Shown piece by piece: positions 1-12,376 of a stretch of 64,000 nucleotides of DNA. Both the position numbers and the translations under genes were made by a program. Each line of letters begins with the position of its first letter. The stretch's first letter is position 1. Origin of the DNA: Psilocybe cubensis (Eukaryota); assembly GCA_017499595.2 (NCBI GenBank), contig CM039009.1, positions 2,170,001 through 2,234,000 of the forward strand. Reading direction: 5' to 3'. The notes beneath the pieces were generated by a model, which had not been told where the DNA came from, searched no databases, and saw nothing but the letters and a program-made list of their open reading frames with translations.

Positions 1-203
1 CGAGACGCGGGAGAGATTCTAGCTGAAAGAAACCCCATTTATTCTAGGTTTGTGTCGCTTTGACATTGAAAATTTCTACGCGATAAAATGTGATTATTCC
101 ACTAATTCTCGTCACTAGTCCGTTCTTGTTACTGAGTCATTCATTCAAACTGATTTGGCGGACTCAAAACTGAAAGCTGGAGGTCTTTAGGGGATTTATC
201 CAG

Positions 204-280
204 GTCACGTGTCACTCAGACTTCGCGAAATCGCGAAAACTTTTCCTAGAAACAGTTTCTGAATTCTCGTTAACGCGAAA
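204..280 (+). promoter_or_regulatory. Promoter motif cluster: GTCACGTG E-box plus three CGCGAAA (SCB-like) elements
   Basis: GTCACGTG at 204-211; CGCGAAA at 224, 232 and 274, 70-140 nt upstream of the ATG at 347. Confidence 0.4.
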
Positions 281-346
281 CTCCTTTCTAAAGTCACCAT
301 TACTTCCAAAATCTTTCATCGAATCCCTTTGTTAGCTCATAGAGCT

Positions 347-2839
347 ATGAGTCCCAGCCGGGGCTACAGTGGAGGAAGAGGGGGGTATCCGTACGGCTAC
401 AGCGGAAATTGGTATGCTAACCCGTATGCCAATGCGTACAGTGGATCTACAAATTCGTATGGGAATGCCTACTCTGATTATTCATACAATGAAGGGAACC
501 ATGGATACTCTCACTACGAGCACCACCAGCAATACCCTCACGTTGAACAACATCGGTCGCAACAGTATCAGGCCGAAAACAATCAACAAGATAATTATTA
601 TCATCAGCCATACCCACAACGATATTCCCAACAACAATATTCGCACCAACATTCCCAATATCACGATACTTACCCAGACAGCACACAAAATCCACCCCGC
701 CGTCGGGCGTCGCCCTCGTACGACGACTACGACGTCAGTAGCGCGGCCCGAGCACAGTCGTCAAGAGGATACAGCACATACTCTTCTTCTCGGTCTTCAT
801 CATCACCCAGAAGATCTGACCCGTCGCGTCGTCCAAGTTCACCCTCGGAAATTCTTTTAATGCCCCCCTCGTCCATGTCCACGGAACTCCTCGCGTCTCG
901 TGGGACTTCACACTCGCCTCGGCCTCGTAGTGCCAGCCCACCACCCCCGAGGCGAACAGAACCAAGGGAGGAGTACCTTCGCTTATCGCAGGAGCCCTCA
1001 TCATACGTTGAAGCTCCTGAAAAGGCGCGAAAGCTCATCGTACTCGACCTGAACGGGTCCTTGCTCTTGCGCAGTGCTCATCAAAGGCGTCTTCCGACTC
1101 CTCGACAAGCACCTCATTCTCAGGACCAATCAACCGATCCATATGCAGACCCCACAGTTTTACGCCCCCTACGAGTCGTACACCCCCGTCCATATCTCTC
1201 CTCTTTTATCACCTACATCTTGCACCCGAAAACTAAACAGTGGCTTGACACCATGGTCTGGAGCTCAGCACAACCGCATAGCGTCAACGATATGGTTGAT
1301 AAATGTTTCAAGGAACGAAGGCAAGAGCTTAAAGCTGTGTGGGCAAGAGATACGTTGGGGCTGACGAACAATGAATATCGTGAGTTTGGGCTTATCGACG
1401 AATAGATTTACTCATAGTCATTGGCATTTTTGATAGACAGAAAGACTTTGACATTAAAAGACCTTGAAAAACCATGGGCGGAACTCCCCTTGGTCTCTTC
1501 TAACGATCCAAAACCCCCGTCCGATAGGCCTCCACCACCTACCAGCTCTTCTCCGACTTCCGACTCTGTCTCACTTCCCAACGGTGCTGCTGAATCTGAT
1601 CCCCCGGCCACTACATCACAAACCACTCATTCTGCTCGCACAACACTCCTTATCGACGATTCGCCTCTCAAAGCAGCCCTCCAGCCATGGAACCACCTCG
1701 TTATTCCCGAGTACGTCCAGGAAATGCGTAACAAAGATTTGAAGGTCGCCGAACTCGTGAGGGAGAAGGAAATGGTACAGGATAGAACAACGGAGCAGTC
1801 CCAGGACAAAGAAACGGGTGCAACAGTCAGCGAAGATCTCACCGATGAAATCAAGGCCGACGCCTTGTCACAACCTCTCTCTGATGCAGTCCCTGCACCT
1901 GTCGAAATCAACGCTCCGTCTGCAGCATCCGATTCTCACTTGGAGACATCTGCCGCTGACAATGGTCCCGATGCCACCGCGGACACGCAGTCCAATCGTG
2001 CCCTCAAACGTTTGCAAAAGAAAGAGGCTGGAAAACTAAAACGTGCTGAAGAGCATGCGAAGCGGATATCGGAAGTCGTAGGGGACCAAAAGTTCGACCA
2101 AACACTGCTTGCTGTTATTGGAATTTTGGACAGGGTGAAATGGGAGGACAATGTAGCCGGTTGGATGAGATCTGGGGGATTAGTAAACGTGGAGGGTGTT
2201 AATGTACACCACTTCACTGGAGAAACTTCTGTGAAGGACGCCGGTGTGCCCACACTGCAGTCAGTCCCGGATTTAGAGAATGAAAGGGAGGAGGAGACAT
2301 CAAAGCGCCCACTGTCCCACACGCCACCTACAAGGAGCCGTGACGCGTCTGCCTCCCCGTCCCCTGATGATGGCACAATCCCAGGATCGGGTTCAAAGAA
2401 GAGGAGGCGAGTCAGTGATCAGGCAGAGAACCTTTCAACTGTTGAGGAAGCAGCCCTTGATACGGGGATGGATACCTCGGTGGATGGGGCAGTATCGCAG
2501 CCCAACGAGGCGACCTCGACGGACATATCTTTAGCTCAGATGCAGTCGACTCAGGCCCAACCGGATGATCAAGAGAAAATTGAAGAAGAAAAGGCGGAGC
2601 AATCGGCAACAGGCATTCCCGTAATTTCAAGCCCCAATTCTATGCTTGTCCCTCAACCCCCAAATCCATTATGTGATGACGATGGAGAGCAGAGCAAATC
2701 TTTAAAATTGTGGTACGAATATCCTGAGGTTCTCGCGTTCTGGGCGGAGAGGGGGCAGAGGGCGTTGGGCGAGTTGGGTATAGAGGTTACGAGTGGCATT
2801 CTACTAAACGGAAGTGCAAGGAGAAAAGTTAGTACTTAA
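347..2839 (+). CDS. FCP1/NIF-like HAD-superfamily phosphatase-domain protein with a low-complexity Tyr/Gln/Ser-rich N-terminus (2 exons, intron 1380-1436)
   Basis: Motifs LIVLDLNGSLLLR, RPYL, MVWSSAQPHSV, VWARD, KDLEKPW and TLLIDDSPLKA..QPWNH. A GTGAGT...TAG intron joins ORF 329..1405 to ORF 1421..2839 in frame (NEY|HRKTLTLKDL). Confidence 0.85.
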
Positions 2840-2972
2840 ATCTGTCAATATAGAAACCACAGCTGGCATAAAAATAAGGTTCTTATGTTTCCTCCAAACT
2901 TTCTTGTAGACAGCCACCCCGGAGAAAATTAGATTTATTAAAACGAGTCAACGTTTGTAAAGTTGCAAAACT

Positions 2973-4808
2973 TTACCCATCATCGTCGGATAAGTAGTCT
3001 TCTTGACCTCTTTCATCGAACGGCCAGGAAACTCCATCACTATATACGTCTTCCCCAGAACTGTCAGTCCGGATGAGCGATGGTGAAAGTGGATCCACTA
3101 AGTTACTACTCGATTTGTCGGAATCAAGATATTGAATGGTTAAATCGAGTTGAATTCCTGCCGCGTTTGCGCGGTCAAGGATCTCTTGCCGGATATCGCG
3201 ACCGTCTTTGGGCATCCTTCGGTTGAACAAAATCACCACTTTCTTGAGCGTATAGATAGGTGACCTCACATCCATTCGACCGCTGACAAATTTGAAGACG
3301 GTATCGTCAGAGGCCAATGTTGCATTCAATTCGAAGATTTCTAGGCGAGGAAGGAGGACGTATTTTCCCCTACCATCTGAAGCTTCTTGAACTATCAGAT
3401 CGTTAAGATCAAATGGGTCTATTATTTCTCCCAAGGCAGAAACTTTGATTTCAGTCGGATTGGGTGAGATCAGGCACAGAGTGTTTAAAAAAAATGTTGT
3501 CGAAGGGACCTCTAGGAGGGTGCGTAGCGTGTCTGGAGCCATGACAAATCGATCAAGTTCGAGTACCCTAATTCCCAAAGAGGTTTCGACAAGAGAAGAG
3601 ATAGAATGCGGTCTATTCTGTCTAGAGAATCTGTTATTGGAAAAAAGAAATTCGATGTCCGTGGGTCCTTTGTGTTGAATCCATCGTAGAGCAGGTGCTG
3701 CAATGTGTTTATAGAGTGCATCAGAAACCAACGTGTCTAGTGAATTATCCACGATCCAAAGCGACTCGAGAAAGGGCAACTGGATGATGCGTTGACTAAC
3801 AGTGTTGTAGTCTGAAATTGTTATTATGGAAAACATAGCGTGAACGAGCTGCGGACAGGACTCCAGAATTCTGAATATATCAGCCAAATCGACCAAAGAG
3901 TGGAACGAGAAATGGGTAACATTGCGCGATGTCAGACGCATCAGCTGAAAGAGATGTATTTCATCCATATGATAGTTGCAAAGGGAGATATGTTTGAGGG
4001 AAGATATTTTCAAAATCTCCAGTGTCGGACAAGGCTGCCTAAGAAAAATGTCGTTTTGGTACCAGTCTTGGATAATTATCCTCACTTGTGTGAGGTTAGG
4101 GATAGTCATCGTTGACACCATGGCGTCTAGTTCAACGAATACTTGGATAGGGACATTCAGCTCCAGTGTTTTCCATCGACTTGAGAAAGATAGAATGATT
4201 TTGAGGAGAAGCAGGGCTGATTGGGATAGAGGGGGATTATCAAATGTGATGCTCATTCCGTTGTAGTAGATTGAGAGATGTAAAGGGCAATCACCCGATC
4301 GCACCATCCATTCCTTGATCGCATCGCACCTCTTTCGTAGAAGCGCTGATACAGTTTCTAGAGGTGTCCGATCGTAGACGGTCTTAATGGGAACTTCGTG
4401 ATGGAACGTGATATGTAAATGCGACCATAGGCGGGGCGAGGACAGCGTAACGTTCCTCCACCGACTACAAACTCGTGTGAGAAGCATTGGTGCCTCGGAT
4501 GCAGAAATGGTTGGGTTTCGATGGGTAGGTAGGCAATGTCTGAATATCTTAGAGAGAATGTCGGATGGAATCCGTCGAATGAGGGAAACTATGCATCTAT
4601 ATTCACTGATAGGTTTTTCGATATTCGCACGGGTTTTTTGGAGCTCATAGATAGTATCTTGCAGGCGATCAATTTGGGCGTCTATCTCGACTAGTTGTTT
4701 TTCTGGCCCGGCAAGTATACTCTGCAGTTGTATGAGCACATTATCTGACGGTGGCTCATTACTTCTGACGAGATTTTGGAACTGTTGTAAGTGAGCTGAG
4801 TTTTGCAT
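2973..4808 (-). CDS. Agaricomycete F-box domain protein with LRR-like C-terminus (intronless)
   Basis: A coiled-coil leads into SLIRRIPSDILSKIFRHCLP...APMLLTRVCSRWRNVTLSSPRLWS, then WMVRSGDCPLHLSI. Likely ATG at 4808 (MQNSAH). Confidence 0.85.
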   Translation of the reverse strand: MQNSAHLQQFQNLVRSNEPPSDNVLIQLQSILAGPEKQLVEIDAQIDRLQDTIYELQKTRANIEKPISEYRCIVSLIRRIPSDILSKIFRHCLPTHRNPTISASEAPMLLTRVCSRWRNVTLSSPRLWSHLHITFHHEVPIKTVYDRTPLETVSALLRKRCDAIKEWMVRSGDCPLHLSIYYNGMSITFDNPPLSQSALLLLKIILSFSSRWKTLELNVPIQVFVELDAMVSTMTIPNLTQVRIIIQDWYQNDIFLRQPCPTLEILKISSLKHISLCNYHMDEIHLFQLMRLTSRNVTHFSFHSLVDLADIFRILESCPQLVHAMFSIITISDYNTVSQRIIQLPFLESLWIVDNSLDTLVSDALYKHIAAPALRWIQHKGPTDIEFLFSNNRFSRQNRPHSISSLVETSLGIRVLELDRFVMAPDTLRTLLEVPSTTFFLNTLCLISPNPTEIKVSALGEIIDPFDLNDLIVQEASDGRGKYVLLPRLEIFELNATLASDDTVFKFVSGRMDVRSPIYTLKKVVILFNRRMPKDGRDIRQEILDRANAAGIQLDLTIQYLDSDKSSSNLVDPLSPSLIRTDSSGEDVYSDGVSWPFDERGQEDYLSDDDG

Positions 4809-5206
4809 AGACCTCCAGTCCAGAGCTTTGAAGAAGAAGAGTATACCATTAATGAAAGGTATTAATGTTACAGTGGGTTCATTGGTACTCACAAGATTTG
4901 TTAAATTGAAGTGACAATGTCGCAGTGGTCATGACATGCATCATCAGACGGCGATTTACTAAATTTTGCGTCGGAGACTGTCGGAAATTAAAAAATAGAA
5001 CATTTCCGGTTAGAAAATATCCGTACATGCCTCATTTTAATGCCAATGGTACTCGCACTCTCAACGTACGTGTCAAGTCACCCCCTTTACCGCACTAACA
5101 CTCAGCATAACAGTTTATCAACCAACTCAAGACTATAAACACGAGCAACCCGGCGAACATCGACAATAGCACTGTAGCAGTCCCCAAATTTCAGCAATCA
5201 CTGAAT

Positions 5207-7162
5207 ATGATTGATGTCATCTCAGCTAGACTCGAATCCGGTACAGAGGGGCACGATTACTCTGTTGTCAACGGGCAATGTAGCGCAACCACGGAATTGC
5301 GCGAGCCATCTCCTCAGGAAGTAGCCTCTTTATCTGCCACGATAAATCGACTACCCACCGAGCTCATGGGAGAGATCTTCATACGCACTAGCCATACCTG
5401 CTTTGAGGAGCACCTTTCTATGTGGATGTATCGCTTTCAACTTCCCTGGTCATTGTCTCAAGTCTGTCGCTTATGGAGGAACGTGGCACTCTCGTTGCCG
5501 TTGCTATGGAGGCAAATACCATCGCTCGATCTGTCCCAGAAACACACAAGAAATTTATCCTATCAAGAATATCTCATCGAAATTTTGAATCGTTCAAAGG
5601 GCATCGCGATCGACATACATATCAACGCGCGCAATGCAAACGACCTTCCTCATCCTATTCTTGGAATCCTTTTGCAACACTGCGAGAGGTGGGGAAGGCT
5701 TCGACTTGAAGCGTGCCACGCTATTATCCCGCTTCTTGAACCTGCAAAGGGCCGCCTCACATCTCTTCAACGTCTCACACTGATTTTTCGATGGGACAGA
5801 AGATCTCCATCTATTGTACCCAATGATTTATTCCTCAATGCCCCATCACTCAACGACGTCTACTGGGAAGATCGAGCTGGCTATTTTTCATTCCCCCGTA
5901 ATCAAATCATTTGGTACACGCATTCTACTCAATACACCAACCATCTTTTTGAAGTCGTTAGCCATTCCATGACATCACTTACCACGCTAGTTTTGCATAG
6001 CCATTCGACTTGTTTTGGATCTTTCCCCCATCTCGTTCTACCGTCTCTCTTGACCTTGGATATGTGGGATCACAATGTTTCATGTGAATGGTTATTGGGT
6101 CGTCTGACCCTTCCAAAACTCCGATCTCTTTCTGTTGGGACTAATGTCGGTGACGTTTCTAAGTCTGTAATGCAGATGATTGAACGATCTGGTTTGCCTT
6201 GCGAGCTTGAAGTACTCAAAATGAACGTCGAAACTTATCCATCAGTTTCTTTGACTACGCTATTGAAAAAAACACCCCATCTTCGATTGTTATCTATTCC
6301 ACTTCCTCCCATTGCAGATCTCCGTGGCCTCACCTGCGACCATGAAGCAAGCTTTCCGTGCTTAATTCCATTCCTTCGCGAGTTGTACTTTTGTGTTTTA
6401 TACCCGATAGAGAACATATCCTCCATCTTGATCAAACTTGCGTCATCTCGTTCACGGACTCGGAGAATTCCGATATCACCAGAGGAGCTGCGACGCCAAT
6501 CTCTTTAGAAACTCACAACTTGGAAAAACTGTGTGTCCTGTTCCCGGATACACCGACTGCTGAGCAACACCTTTATAAAATGGAAAATTGGAAACCATCT
6601 GAAACGTGTTTGGAGCTCCAACGAATCGAATCGCTTCTTCGAGATATCTTTCCCGCCATTTATTATGGGACATATTATAACGAGAATTTACTGCAGTCTA
6701 CTGAACAAACGGCTCAAATTTTATCTCTATTGGAAGAGATTCGAAAATTAGATGTAGAAGACCCTAAAGATCTTGCCGTACGTTTCTACTTTGTTTTGTT
6801 AAAGCAGTGCTAAGTCTTGGTCGCAGATGTCTGGTATACATTCCATTTTATACCGAATAAATAGGGCAACCATACCAAACGCTTTAAGAGAATTGGTTCA
6901 AAGTATTATCTCGAACTGGGAACCCATCTTTGCGCGCGAAATACCATGTAACCAATGGACGATGTGCTTTGGAACGTTGACACATCTGCCTGGTTGGAGT
7001 GGTACAAGGCCAACCTTTCTAGCGATGTCCACGAGTAAGTGACCGTCATCTACCAGAGCTTCTTCAGCTTTGACTTGTACTAATCTCATGCACTCAACAG
7101 ATACATGGCCACAGGATGATAGTCATGGGTTTATTTATGGTAAACACTACCCCTTGCTGTAG
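5207..7162 (+). CDS. F-box domain protein with a frame break at ~6450-6508 (weak intron or frameshift)
   Basis: INRLPTELMGEIF...LPWSLSQVCRLWRNVALSLPLLW. Coding continues in ORF 6358..6813, then in exons ~6828-7001 and ~7101-7162 bounded by GT-AG introns. Confidence 0.7.
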
Positions 7163-7304
7163 AAAACAGGCATCGTGACCGTTCTGTAATGTTATATATT
7201 GCCCTTTTTGGAGCTTACCATCTGAATCCGCGACTACTCACAAACTGAGACAAGTCTTTGGATCGCAGTGTGCAGCAGAATCAACGCTTTGAATCTCATT
7301 ACTC

Positions 7305-8330
7305 ATGCCCATGAAAGATGAATTCGAACAAGTCGCAAAGGAGAAAGGTTTACAACTCGCCCATGCTATAGAATCATCAGCCCGGTCAACTTTCCCCATC
7401 TTGAACAGCTATGACGGAAACCGTTTACCCGGAAGCCAATACTCGGTTGTTCGACACTGTCGCTCATGCGTATACTACCGGGGAATATCTACGACGATTC
7501 CCATTACTATACTTGGACGAGTCCCCGTACCTCCTGAACGCAGAATTTTGTTGCAAAGGAGGGGATGGCGCACAGGGATGTTTGGATGGAAAACAGGCGC
7601 CGTGCTAGGGGGAAACTACGGGAAGGATATAGATGTCACCCCGGATCGGGTGGGATTGTGGGACGAAGACGTCTTGCCAGATCAAAGGAAGAAAATCGAC
7701 AGGGACCTGGAGCAGTATATGAGCGAGAAGTACGCTCCGGTAGACCAGGTAATCCTGGAAACTGATTTCATTCGCATTCCCGCGTCATCAGGCGACGGGT
7801 ACTTCAGGCTCGTCGTATGTCCTCATAAATCTGCCCGTTCTATCATTGCTGCCACTGGAGCCTTTAGGCTTGCATCCCTGTCTGCGGATTCTGCTCATAT
7901 TCGAGGGGCAACCCTTGGGATGTTGGCCCCTGAGCTCGCACTGAAGCATGCATCAGGTACCGTCCTATCTGCAGCTGAAGGGACCCTCTGCGCAGCAAGT
8001 CCCGTTGTCAAATCCGTCGAGACGACTCCAGGAACAAAGGTGCTTGGAAAATGGGCTTTGGATAGTGGTTACCGACGCGTTGCTGGGAAGGAAACTCGAG
8101 CTCGATACAATTCTCTGGACGACGTCTATCATCATTTCATAGATGAAATTTATGATTCTGTATGTTCCCTACATTTTCGCATTGTGGTATTTTTTCACTG
8201 ATGATTTGAATTTCTTAACAAGATTCCAAAAGTGAATGTCGGTGTACGAACGCGACATGACCTCGTAGAAGACAAAAAAATAGGGAACGGTGGCTTGTGC
8301 TGTAGACGTTCTCAACAAAGTTTACTGTGA
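7305..8330 (+). CDS. Conserved-looking fungal hypothetical protein (2 exons, intron 8160-8222)
   Basis: 298-aa ORF with globular-looking motifs (YYRG.STTI, LQRRGWRTG, IDVTP, ETDFIRIP..SGDGYFRLV, IRGATL). The last exon IPKVNVGVRT...GNGG ends at TGA 8328-8330. Confidence 0.65.
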
Positions 8331-8561
8331 CTATTGTATAAGTTCTGGTTGACTTTCGTAGACGTTTGAAGGAAGCACAGCTGTCAGACACACCCAGCAT
8401 AGAAAGTTTCGATGCCCGTATATTTCTCGAGCATCCAATATCTCCTTAGGAAGCATTCACTGATCTGCTCAACGGGGATTTCCACTCATGGTCTAATGCG
8501 TTGAGGGTGTTAAATTTAACTGTTTACATTGGTAAGTATTAACTGAGTAGTAGATTCTAAC

Positions 8562-10327
8562 TTATACCGAATTCGAAGTCTCTTTGTCGTTTCCTTCATC
8601 CTTTTTCTCAGAAGCGGCGTCTTCTTCATACCCCTCCACCTTTATATCGTTCAACCCAAGCTCCTCATTTTGCTCAAAGGTGCGATCGTAGAGTTCAATC
8701 GTCATGTTCGGGTCGGGATCAGGGGCGTATAGATTTTGCATGTAGGAATTGGCGAGCGGGTCGTCTAGGATGATTGTGAACGGTCTCTCAGCGTTTTTGA
8801 CCTTACGTTATTGGTTAGCATGAGGGTTATAAGACGATAAGAAACTATGACCCACTTCCTTGAGTCCTTTCAAGAACGCCTCGTACGCCTCTTTGTCTTC
8901 TTTATTCGAAGAGTCTCCCGCGAACGCCTTGTCTGCCAACTCTTCGTAAATCTGCTCTAAGATTCCCTCTACTGTCGTAAACCGTCCTCCTAATGTACCG
9001 TGAGTAAGCACAAGATCGATTTCAGGTATCGTCAAACCCGCAGTCTCGCTCTGAAAAGAAGCTTTATGAGAAGAACCAATCAACGCGTTATTGTGAGCCA
9101 GACGCACCTTGAGGATATCTCTACTGAGATCCTCACGATCTTCACATTTAAGGATGATTCGTTTTCCTTGAGGCGAGATTGCCGCGCCAGATTTTACTTC
9201 GTTATCGCGATATCCACAGAATTCGCAATTAGTGGACATAATCAAGATATCCTGATATTGCATTCCATTAATTTGGCAAGAAAAAAAAAAGAAAGGAAGG
9301 TAGGAGAACGTACTTTAAAGTAGGGGATGTTGACTTTCTTCATGTTAGTCTTGATGGCATGTCCGCAGCTTGAACATAGTCCATCGAAAACGAAAACCTC
9401 GTCGTCCGTAATAGCCTCTGGCGTTACTTCCTCTTGTATCACCTCCGACTGCGCCTGAGCATCATCCGCAGCAACCAACCCCAACGCTACATTTTGCTCC
9501 AGAGTACGATGGTACGTGCGAAGATTCCACTTAGGATCAGACATTCCTCCGTAAAACTCGATAAAGCTGTTTCCAGCGGGGTCGTCGAGCTTCACAGTAA
9601 ATGGGGTCAAGGGGAGATTGAGATAGTCGGCTTGCTCTTGAACCTCCTCGTCGTCGTCGGGATCTCCGAGGATGGGTTTCATCTTATCGATGATTTCCTG
9701 AATCTTCGTGTACGACACCTCGTCTTGTATCCGCCTGAGAGGCTGGTCCATGCTCAGATCAGAGACGACATCGCGAATGAGGCCCTCGACTGTGGTAAGC
9801 TGACCGCGGTTTGTTGGCGGAAGGGTAAGATCGAGTTCGGGAATCGTGATTTCGCATGAAGCAGAGCGAACAATCTGCCTGTTCAAATCTTTGCGTTCCA
9901 GGATTTTAGCGGTGTAGAGCGTTCCTTCGGCTGGACGGGATGTCAGATACGTTCAAGCACAAAGATTCAGGAACGCACGTCTGATTTCTCCAGCAGACTG
10001 GATTTCATTGTTGGATGCGCCACAGTACTCGCATCGGAATGACATTACAATCACTTCCCTGAAGAAGGGTATCGAAGTCAACATCAACCTAGTAACACCC
10101 TACTATCCCGGCGTTGAATAACAAAATCACAGAAATCGTACAGAATGACGAACCTGTTCATGACATTTCATGCACAATGACTCTATCTCCTGAACTACTT
10201 TGTCTTCGTTGTCGAAATTCTCTCCTCCCTCTGTTTTCGAGCCTTCCTCTGTTTCGGCGGCTGGGATTTCGTCAGTTTTAGCAGCGATCTCTCCAATGGC
10301 TGGAAATAGTTCCTCTTTGTGGGCCAT
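8562..10327 (-). CDS. ZPR1: Zinc finger protein ZPR1 (multi-exon)
   Basis: Two Zn-finger/A-B modules: [113 protein letters not shown]. Confidence 0.97.
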
Positions 10328-10574
10328 AATATTGTGTCTAATGGGTCGAAACTGATATCGGTGGTGGTGGTTGAGAAAGCAAATGAAAGTGCAAAAAATA
10401 GACAAATTTGAAATCGATGCTTCCAGATGAGTCAAGAAAATCGATCTTATCTTATCTCTCGGTTTGGCCCCTATCCTGATCAAAACCATGAACAACTTTG
10501 CACATGCACACACGGTTTCTCAGAGAGATCGCAGACAATTCGCGAGTATAATCTTTTTGATGGTTGACCTTTAA

Positions 10575-11806
10575 CACTAGAGCAGTACCGGGAACGGCTG
10601 GGTTTATAGGACGCACTTGAAGTAGCATTGATTATACCCAAAGACTCTAAGAAGACTGGTAAATATTTTATTACTCAATTTTCTAATCCAAATGTTACAC
10701 TTTTTGCCATAATTTTGTTGGTGTTGATTGATTGACGCCCCGCAGGGGAGAAATTTTCTATATTTGGGAGTACCCCTGAGGAGGTCTGTCTGGTTTTGCG
10801 GATTTGAGACCTCAATTGTCACGGATTTGAGGGCCAAAATCAGCAAAATTCCGGACAATCCTTTAGTGGAGCTTCCCAGGTCTGACAACCGCGAACTGCA
10901 AACCACAAAATTGTTTGCATTCTGGACACTGATGAAGATAGGATCCGACATCAGAGACATTGTTGGCATTGGTTAATGCACGGTGGTGGACTGTCGTGGT
11001 TTTCCAGGGCCATCATCCCTATTTACACCACTACATAACTAGCATAGGTATACTGAGGAAGATGCAAAGCAAAATAAATACTGATACATTCTCATGGGTT
11101 CCCTCAAGCTTGCCTCAAGCTGGCTATATTCCTGGTTAAATTTCTAATACTCGGAAGAAGTTTAATCTTGGAAGAACTGACTGCATTCCTCTCCTACTTA
11201 TGTGCATGAATATATTTATGATTTTTTATTTGTGTGTCATTGAAATCACCATGATAGCAGGAACTAGTAACTACAATAATCAAATGGAATGCCTGGCTCA
11301 CAAGGATATCCAAATTTCTCTTGATTAGGTCAGTCGATGGTCCTCAACGGGTGGCTGCTTGTGCTTCTTTCTTTGGCTCTTGACAAGTAAATTTGTCGTT
11401 TGTGGTTCGCTGTTTAATGTTTGCGCCCAGTTGCGGTTCACCAATTGGGTAAGACCAGACTTGGAGCAACCGGTTGATAACAGAGTGATTGGGACGAGAC
11501 TGGGGGTCCCAATCTAACTTGTTATACCAGGTGATGAAATGTATTGTGCGAGTGGGTCTAAAAATGAGAAAAACCAAAACCAGCTACTGATTTAGGCGTA
11601 TTTGATGAATTTTGTATCGTCTTCTCTCCATTTAAACTGAATTTAGAATGGTTTAAATGGAGAGAAGACGATACAAAATTAAAATATTCTTTGACACTAG
11701 AAAGTGTCCCAATGATCCGCAATTCTGGCCTCAAATCCGCCAGATCCGGAAAGTGAAACGCCAATTTTTTAGTCGTTAGCGCCTCAACGTTCTTGGGTCA
11801 CTAGCA
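10575..11806. mobile_element. Possible degenerate non-autonomous DNA-transposon/MITE-like remnant
   Basis: AT-rich non-coding block. It has a degenerate inverted match (CGGATTTGAGGGCCAAAAT at 10822-10840 vs the reverse complement of ~11722-11739), an internal 30-bp palindrome, and CACTAG at both edges. Clean TIRs and a TSD are not evident. Confidence 0.3.
11608..11680. repeat. Perfect 30-bp inverted repeat with a 13-nt spacer
   Basis: AATTTTGTATCGTCTTCTCTCCATTTAAAC (11608-11637) is the exact reverse complement of 11651-11680. Confidence 0.95.
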
Positions 11807-12376
11807 TTGGTCTCGTCGTCGGGACAATGCAATCAACGTTTTCCTGCATTTCGAACGAGTCGCGTCGGACGTGTTCATCGTCATGTGATCAGCCAAGCCG
11901 ATCATGCTCGAGATCCAAGCCACCTCAGACTTCGAGTATTCTGTGTGCAATGGTTTACTTAACATCAGGTTTATTAGAGTTCAGGTATTCTTCGGAGACC
12001 ACAATCACGGAGATATATCTGTTTCTCACTCGCTTCCTAAAGAAGAAACCAAGTTGATAATACGGCGCTTGTTTTGATACGTAGAAAATACGTCAATTTG
12101 ACGTACCATCAGCACCATAAACATCCGTGGGCAGTGAGCGTGAATTTCTACATACGGATACAGTAAAGGTATTAATACAATTATTTTAGTGGCGCAATCA
12201 CCATCGAGTCCTCATAAGAAATTAAACGGGTTGTTTGGATGGTGAATATATTTGCCAGGAGTCATGCGTGTGTGGGCAATATGAATTCTACAACTGTCGC
12301 TGCTCGTTTCGACAAACAGTCTGATGATCTTCTCGAAACGGGCGCGTATACTAACCTGACCCCGGCAATCACGTTT

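Noticed and set aside
7305-8330. Naming this gene as riboflavin-kinase-associated from remembered similarity
   Set aside because: No riboflavin kinase motif (PTAN) is present, so I left it as hypothetical.
11022-11035. 14-mer TTTACACCACTACA shared with 30381-30394
   Set aside because: Several 14-mer matches are expected by chance in 64 kb, and the flanks do not align.
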